From an uncultured Desulfobacterales bacterium (GTDB lineage Bacteria; Desulfobacterota; Desulfobacteria; Desulfobacterales; B30-G6): DNA of 64,000 bases. The stretch spans positions 4,580 through 68,579 of the forward strand of contig CAYTAQ010000001.1 of NCBI GenBank assembly GCA_964435695.1. Direction: 5' to 3'. Below, in pieces: positions 58,599 through 64,000 of this stretch. The position numbers and the translations under genes were made by a program. Under the pieces are notes generated by a model. The model was not told where the DNA came from. It saw nothing but the letters and a program-made list of their open reading frames with translations, and did no database searches. The number at the start of each line of letters is the position of its first letter. The stretch's first letter is position 1.

Positions 58599-58824
58599 AC
58601 CTCCTTGAATGTCTCCGATAATTTAATAATTCTTAATCTGAAATCCTATTAACTCGTAAAAAGGTGTTTTTCCTTTTTACGAGCTGAACATAACACCCAA
58701 AGTTAACCAAAACATGACCGCAAAATTACCATTTGGTAATATTTTAACCCTTCGGGGTTAAAATATGCTGTCTTTTTAGGTGTTTTAAGGAGAAGGGTTG
58801 TTTTGACGTTGCCTACCAATCCGG

Positions 58825-60231
58825 TCAAGCTTTCCTAAAAACCACCCGGAAGGTACTCCCCCTGCCCGCTTCGCTCTCCACTTCAATGGTTCCATCGTGT
58901 GCTTCTGCAATGGCTTTGGCCAGGCTGAGTCCGAGTCCGGCACCGGCCGTTGACCGGCTGGGATCGCACCTGAAGAAACGATCGTAGATATGGGGAAGAT
59001 CTTTTTCTGAAATACCGATACCGGTATCAATGACTGTCAGAACGGCCCGGTGTTTCGCATTCCATTGAACCGATATGCTGACCGTACCGTTTGGGGGGGT
59101 ATATTTCAAAGCATTATCCAACAAGTTGGCACTCATGCGCTGCAGCATGGAAACATCGCCCATTATCTGGACATCCTCCTTGACGTCGCATGACATGGCA
59201 ATCTCTTTGTCGTTTGCAATGGCTTGGAACAGTTCGCATGCATCCCGAACGATCCGGGCAAGATCTACTTTTTGTGAACGGAATTCTCCGATGCCGGTTT
59301 CTGTCTTTGAAATCATCAGCATGGTATTGATCATATCCAGCAGGCGATCGCTCTCTTCAATATTGCTGGCAGCCATCTGTTCAAATTCCTGCAGGGTCAT
59401 CCCGGTAGTCAATGCAACTTCCGCTGATCCCCTGATTCGGGTGATAGGACTTTTTAAATCATGTGCGATATTATCGCTGATTTCTTTCATGCCGGATACC
59501 AGTTTCTGAATCCGGTCCAGCATATGGTTGAATGTCGTCGCCAATTGATCGATTTCATCGTTGTTTGTTTTCACCGGCACCCGTTTTTCAAGGGAGCCCG
59601 CTGAAATGTTTCTGGCAGTTCGGGTAACCGCTTCCACACCGGACACCGCCCTACGCGCCATAAACCAGCCCACGCCGGCCGATAACATGATGAGCAGCAA
59701 GATAGTAATGATGAATATTTTTTTGAAGGCTTCAATAAAGCGGGTCTCATTTTCCATGGACTGGCCCAGTTGAAGGATAATGCCGGATCCAATACTGCTG
59801 TACAAAACACGAACGCTCTGATTCCTTTCGGGTATAATCATGGTTTCAAAGGATTGGTTTTCACCCTCCAGAATCTTTTCAATTCGGGACCGGTTTACAC
59901 CGATATCACGCCAGTACGTCATGTTTGAAGATGAAAACGAAATTCCCGTTGGATACATGAGACGATAAAAAATCTTTTTCTCACCGGCTGCCTGGGATTC
60001 TATTGCTGCAAACCGTTTGACAGCCTCGATACCGTCTGTTGCCATGATCCGCGAAAAGACACCAAGCTGTTTCTGCAGATCCCTGTCGGTTTGATCTCTG
60101 AATGCGGATGTAATGAAAAAATAAAAAAAGAGAAAAGCAATACAGGCCGAAAAAGAGAATATGCCTGCGTACCAAAGGGTTAAACGGAACGCCAGCGTAT
60201 GACGGAGTCTAATCGCTTTCTTTAAGTACAT
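58825..60231 (-). CDS. sensor histidine kinase (HAMP + HisKA + HATPase)
   Basis: Two TM helices, H-box NIAHDLKSPIT, N-box DNALKYT, and G-boxes DTGIGI and GAGLGLSLA. Confidence 0.9.
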   Translation of the reverse strand: MYLKKAIRLRHTLAFRLTLWYAGIFSFSACIAFLFFYFFITSAFRDQTDRDLQKQLGVFSRIMATDGIEAVKRFAAIESQAAGEKKIFYRLMYPTGISFSSSNMTYWRDIGVNRSRIEKILEGENQSFETMIIPERNQSVRVLYSSIGSGIILQLGQSMENETRFIEAFKKIFIITILLLIMLSAGVGWFMARRAVSGVEAVTRTARNISAGSLEKRVPVKTNNDEIDQLATTFNHMLDRIQKLVSGMKEISDNIAHDLKSPITRIRGSAEVALTTGMTLQEFEQMAASNIEESDRLLDMINTMLMISKTETGIGEFRSQKVDLARIVRDACELFQAIANDKEIAMSCDVKEDVQIMGDVSMLQRMSANLLDNALKYTPPNGTVSISVQWNAKHRAVLTVIDTGIGISEKDLPHIYDRFFRCDPSRSTAGAGLGLSLAKAIAEAHDGTIEVESEAGRGSTFRVVFRKA

Positions 60232-60886
60232 AACCTACACCGCGAACCGTGTGAATCAGTTTGGCGTCAAAATCATTATCAATCTTGTCACGCAGCTTGC
60301 AAATTCTTGCTTCAACCACGTTGGTCTGGGGGTCGAAATTATAATGCCAGACATGTTCCATGATCATTGTTTTCGAAACAACCCGCCCGGTGTTTCGCAG
60401 GAGGTATTCCAGGAGCGCATATTCCAGCGGTTGAAGATCAATTTTCCGTCCTTGCCTGGTAATCTCACGGCTGATGAGGTTCATCACAAGCCCCCCCACC
60501 TGAATCCGGTTGGGTTCTTTTGCACCGCTCGATCTTCTGATCAAAGCCTGGATGCGTGCCAGCAGCTCTGAAAAGGCAAAAGGTTTGGTAAGATAATCGT
60601 CGCCGCCGATCTGCAATCCCTTTATGCGATCATCCAATGCATCCCTGGCACTTAAAATAATGATGGGGGTGTCGATGCCCTCTTGTCGGATTTCCTCTAT
60701 CAATTTCAGGCCGTCCAGCTTCGGCAACATAATATCCACAATGGCCGCATCATACGGTTCAGTCAGGGCCAGGTGCAGACCATCTTCTCCATTGCATGCA
60801 TGATCAACCGTAAAACCGGCTGCTGATAACCCTTTTTGAATGAAGGAAGCAATCTTGAGGTCGTCTTCAACGAGTAATATGCGCAT
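60209..60886 (-). CDS. OmpR-family response regulator
   Basis: A receiver domain (MRILLVEDD, DIMLPKLDG, KPF) is followed by a winged-helix domain (TVRGVGY). The gene overlaps the kinase start by 23 nt. Confidence 0.92.
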   Translation of the reverse strand: MRILLVEDDLKIASFIQKGLSAAGFTVDHACNGEDGLHLALTEPYDAAIVDIMLPKLDGLKLIEEIRQEGIDTPIIILSARDALDDRIKGLQIGGDDYLTKPFAFSELLARIQALIRRSSGAKEPNRIQVGGLVMNLISREITRQGRKIDLQPLEYALLEYLLRNTGRVVSKTMIMEHVWHYNFDPQTNVVEARICKLRDKIDNDFDAKLIHTVRGVGYVLKESD

Positions 60887-61089
60887 AGCTCTAAAAAGTC
60901 ACTTTCCGCTTCAATGTATTCAAACCCCTGAATAGAAACAGAGGGATTGAATAAATCTGAATCAATGTCGCTTTATTACAATCTAACATAAATTTTTCAA
61001 AAAATCTATTTGGCTAAAACCATCTTGACATCCTAATAAATTCCTTTTAGATAAAATCGTGTATTGATTTTAGCTAAAAGGAATTTCAC

Positions 61090-61488
61090 ATGACCCTCCA
61101 GCAACAAATTAAAAAAGATCTCACATCCGCCATGAAGGCCAGGGATGAAGAAACAAAAAGCACCCTTCGCGTGGTTATAGGCGAATTCGCACGTGCCGAC
61201 AAGAAAGAGTTGTCCGATGAAGAGGTTATCAAGGTGTTGAAAAAATTAATCAAGTCTGAAAAAGAAACCCTGGAGAAACAGGGCGTTAATGAATCATCCC
61301 CTTTTATTCGAACGATTGAAGCGTACCTGCCGCAGATGGCGACGGATGGAGAGATCGGCGCATGGATTAATGAGCATATTGATTTTTCAGAGTTTAAGAG
61401 CAAAATGCAGGCCATGGGACCCATTATGAAGCATTTCGGTTCCCGGGCAGACGGGAATACGGTCAAATCCATACTTCAAAAACTTTAG
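61090..61488 (+). CDS. yqeY: GatB/YqeY domain protein
   Basis: 132 aa: MTLQQQIKKDLTSAMKARDE..TLRVVIGEF. Confidence 0.75.
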   Translation: MTLQQQIKKDLTSAMKARDEETKSTLRVVIGEFARADKKELSDEEVIKVLKKLIKSEKETLEKQGVNESSPFIRTIEAYLPQMATDGEIGAWINEHIDFSEFKSKMQAMGPIMKHFGSRADGNTVKSILQKL

Positions 61489-61513
61489 GCCGAGTATTTA
61501 ATGAATAATTTAC

Positions 61514-61541
61514 TTGCATTCGGCAAAAAGGGTGTTATTAT
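61514..61541 (+). promoter_or_regulatory. candidate sigma70 promoter of cspA, giving a ~120-nt 5' UTR
   Basis: TTGCAT (61514-19), a 16-nt spacer, then TATTAT (61536-41). Confidence 0.45.
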
Positions 61542-61669
61542 ATCTTTATTCAACAAGGCTTCATTCCAAATGGGTGGGGCGATTTTTCTCTGAAGGAACA
61601 AATCATTTTTTTTTATGGAACATCCTCCAGGCTAAGATTTTGAAAATTTTTTGAAAGGAGGTTGTTACC

Positions 61670-61870
61670 ATGATCAACGGAACTGTTAAGTGGTTTAATG
61701 AGCGCAAAGGCTTCGGATTTATCGAACGCGAAGATGGGCCGGATGTATTTGTTCATCATTCAGCAATCAATTCATCAGGATTTCGGTCTCTCAATGAAGG
61801 CGACAGAGTCTCTTTTGATATTGAGCAAGGGCAAAAAGGTCCTGCTGCAGTAAATGTCACTGTAAGCTAA
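61670..61870 (+). CDS. cspA: cold-shock protein (CspA family)
   Basis: [33 protein letters not shown] carries the RNP1 and RNP2 motifs. Confidence 0.95.
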   Translation: MINGTVKWFNERKGFGFIEREDGPDVFVHHSAINSSGFRSLNEGDRVSFDIEQGQKGPAAVNVTVS

Positions 61871-61884
61871 AATTTAATATCTGT

Positions 61885-61926
61885 TAAAAAAAGGCACCCA
61901 CATGCATTTTGTGGGTGCCTTTTGTA
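61885..61926. terminator. bidirectional intrinsic terminator between convergent cspA and the 61938 gene
   Basis: AAGGCACCCAC (61891-61901) pairs with GTGGGTGCCTT (61911-61921). An A-run lies on the left and a T-run on the right. Confidence 0.8.
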
Positions 61927-61937
61927 TTTGTGCGCCA

Positions 61938-62216
61938 TTACCGATTCTCATTCAACAGTGCTTTCGCCACAGCAACATCGTATACCTGATCGGGATTAAA
62001 TGCTTTTTTTTCGAATTGTTTGGCTGCCTGTACAATGGCGTCATGGGAAATCCATCCGTGCTCTTCCCATAAATTTGGATCGTCCTGATTCCACAATCTG
62101 AACTCAATGGCGTTCCCTAACCGCCGCACATACATTTTAACCCGTTTTTTTTGCGGATACGGGTAATAATATAATCCTCGGTCATCTTTCATTAACGGAT
62201 TCCTCATTTTATGCAT
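61938..62216 (-). CDS. hypothetical protein (92 aa)
   Basis: The ORF is followed by the shared terminator. No family recognised. Confidence 0.45.
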   Translation of the reverse strand: MHKMRNPLMKDDRGLYYYPYPQKKRVKMYVRRLGNAIEFRLWNQDDPNLWEEHGWISHDAIVQAAKQFEKKAFNPDQVYDVAVAKALLNENR

Positions 62217-62355
62217 TTTTTATATAGCGTTTGGATCAGACATCATTATACCCTATCAATAACTCTATGATAACTCAAAAATATTCCTGTATCGGAACGT
62301 TCTTCTGACAAACGCTATACCAAATGATTTGACATATCAACGATGAATTATTACT

Positions 62356-63213
62356 TTGCACTCCATTATGACAGACACCTCCAAAAACGCCTTGCTTTGT
62401 CCAAACTGCCGTAAACTGATCAGTTCGGATGAGCCTCGCTGCCCGTATTGCGGAACGCTCAGGCCCGGATCAAAGCTAAAAAATAATGCGCTCATTCGGT
62501 TGTTTCAAAGTCCTGCTCAATTCATTAAAACCATTATCTACGTGAACGCCGGCATGTTTATCATCTCGATTCTCTTGAGCACCAAAATGATAAACGTCTC
62601 TTTCAATCCACTGACATTTCTGTCTCCCGATTCCAGAAGTCTCCTGGTGCTCGGCGCCACGGGCGTAATTCCCATCGATCACATGCATCGCTGGTGGTCA
62701 TTACTCTCCGCCAACTACCTTCACGGGGGCATCCTGCATATTTTTTTCAATATGATCGCTTTCCGACAAATCGCAGGGCTCATCATTCAAGTGTATGGTA
62801 TCCATCGGATGTTCATCCTATACACGCTTGGCGGCATAGCCGGTTTTTTTGTCTCTTATTTGGCGCATACTAATTTTACAATCGGTTCTTCCGCCGCCGT
62901 TTGCGGTCTTATCGGCGCTGCATTGTATTACGGAAAGCGGCGCGGCGGTCTTTATGGAAACATGATCTACCGCCAGATCGGCGGATGGACACTTGCCATT
63001 TTTATTTTCGGTTTTCTGGTTCCGGGTATCGACAACTGGGGACATGCCGGCGGCATCGCCGCAGGTATTGCCGGCGGATTGGTTCTAGGATATCAGGAGA
63101 GAAAAAAAGAAAACCGATTCCATAAAACCCTGGCCTACGTAGCGGCGGCGTCAACGGTCGTTACCTTGTTATTTGCTGTGACATCAGGGATTTATTATCT
63201 GTATTTCGCATAA
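62356..63213 (+). CDS. rhomboid-family intramembrane serine protease with N-terminal zinc ribbon
   Basis: CPNCRKL..x..CPYCG is followed by rhomboid motifs (YLHGGILHIFFNM, GSSAAVCGLIGA, WGHAGG). The start may be the ATG at 62368. Confidence 0.85.
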   Translation: MHSIMTDTSKNALLCPNCRKLISSDEPRCPYCGTLRPGSKLKNNALIRLFQSPAQFIKTIIYVNAGMFIISILLSTKMINVSFNPLTFLSPDSRSLLVLGATGVIPIDHMHRWWSLLSANYLHGGILHIFFNMIAFRQIAGLIIQVYGIHRMFILYTLGGIAGFFVSYLAHTNFTIGSSAAVCGLIGAALYYGKRRGGLYGNMIYRQIGGWTLAIFIFGFLVPGIDNWGHAGGIAAGIAGGLVLGYQERKKENRFHKTLAYVAAASTVVTLLFAVTSGIYYLYFA

Positions 63214-63357
63214 ATTTTCATGCTCGTGCCCAAACAACAAAGCATGGAACAATCCATATATTTAAACGTCATGGCTATCCTCTAAATAATAAGCATGAAA
63301 ATTTATATCAAAAAAAGGTTGATTGTTTCTAATGAATATGAGGGGGAAATTATATAT

Positions 63358-63654
63358 ATGCCCGAAGAGATTGAAAATTACAAAGCTCTCAGGCGCTGCA
63401 TCCTGGAAAATCTCTACAGCTTCTTCCAAGAATACCCCTTTGGATTGACGGAACTGATATCGCTTGAAGACGACTGCCATACAGACAGCCGGACACTGAA
63501 CTGGAACCTGGTCTATCTTGACCAATGCGGATATATTGAGCTGGATAAATCACAAGAGTGCCCGCCGTATATTTCGTGCACCGTTGCCATTACAGCCAAA
63601 GGCATCGATCTCGTAGAAAATAAATCGCGATTTAACAAGCTCTTTCCCGCTTAG
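63358..63654 (+). CDS. hypothetical small protein, possibly winged-helix
   Basis: ORF 63295..63654. An internal Met (MPEEIENYK) is the more likely start. No confident family. Confidence 0.4.
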   Translation: MPEEIENYKALRRCILENLYSFFQEYPFGLTELISLEDDCHTDSRTLNWNLVYLDQCGYIELDKSQECPPYISCTVAITAKGIDLVENKSRFNKLFPA

Positions 63655-63840
63655 AACCTTTGTCAGAATAACGTCCCGATAATGGCAAGCTGCACGTTTA
63701 TGTTCACGGAAGCCACAAGCCGGCGGGTATGTCGGTTGTTTTGATGCGTTTTTTCTTGACACCCAAGCCGGTTTTTTATATAGCCTTGGCCCATACTGGA
63801 GAAAGAAAATATCGTTTAAATACCATCTGATTGAGCGCTT

Positions 63841-64000
63841 ATGAATTTAAACACAACTGAAAGTGAACGCAGAAAAGAAAAACGGTATAAAGTCGCCGGT
63901 GGCGCCTACGCTGTTGTGGGAACCAAATCAAACAAACTCGGCCAAATTAACAATATCAGCAGCAGCGGGCTTGCATTCAAATATCTTGCCAATGAAACAA
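63841..64000 (+). CDS. PilZ-domain protein, N-terminal part; gene runs off the right edge
   Basis: My translation is MNLNTTESERRKEKRYKVAGGAYAVV...GQINNISSSGLAF. It carries the RxxxR and (D/N)xSxxG c-di-GMP-binding motifs. Confidence 0.6.
   Translation, partial: MNLNTTESERRKEKRYKVAGGAYAVVGTKSNKLGQINNISSSGLAFKYLANET

Noticed and set aside
58599-58824. A sigmaE-type (GGAACTT-N16-TCNAA) promoter upstream of htrA, and hairpins CTCGTAAAAAGG/CCTTTTTACGAG and TTTTAACCC/GGGTTAAAA.
   Set aside because: The hairpins are real and probably terminate the two-component operon. However, the match to a sigmaE consensus is too weak (TTAACTTT... with no clear -10) to call by eye.

Overview
All calls below come from reading the sequence and the ORF track by eye. 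No database search, alignment or folding program was run.

The window is a 64-kb chromosomal segment of mostly housekeeping genes. Its gene content looks like a deltaproteobacterium (Desulfobacterota), but that assignment is inference only. I support about 60 protein-coding genes.

- **Left third:** a long co-directional minus-strand cluster, xerC-hslV-hslU-argB-argD-argG-argH-lipoprotein-lysA-dapF-folK.
- **Next on the minus strand:** nfeD with a truncated stomatin, a family-4 UDG, coaBC, an MFS transporter and a dynamin/EHD-like NTPase.
- **Middle:** envelope and sugar genes (rfbD, a nucleotide-sugar dehydrogenase, ftsB, murJ), rpsT and lptE-leuS.
- **Plus-strand block:** rng-yajC-secD-secF-dprA-topA, followed by ilvB-ilvN-ilvC-cimA-leuA.
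- **Right end:** pyrD, a stand-alone Mrr-type restriction gene, a PHP phosphoesterase, htrA with a two-component system, cspA, a rhomboid protease and a partial PilZ gene.

I recognise no rRNA, tRNA, CRISPR array, transposase or prophage.

Things the gene list does not explain:
1. Nearly every intergenic gap holds a long imperfect palindrome whose arms are tandem copies of a short 'word'. One family has nested arms and a conserved core and occurs at least 7 times.
2. An Ile/Leu/Val-rich 30-codon leader ORF with mutually exclusive terminator and antiterminator helices lies upstream of ilvB.
3. cimA is interrupted by a single in-frame TAG.
4. The stomatin partner of nfeD is cut to 69 codons.
5. 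A modification-dependent (SRA-like + Mrr-like) restriction gene sits in a repeat-bounded islet next to pyrD.
6. An EHD-like dynamin gene is divergently paired with a double-zinc-ribbon protein that carries a roughly 220-aa E/K-repeat helix.
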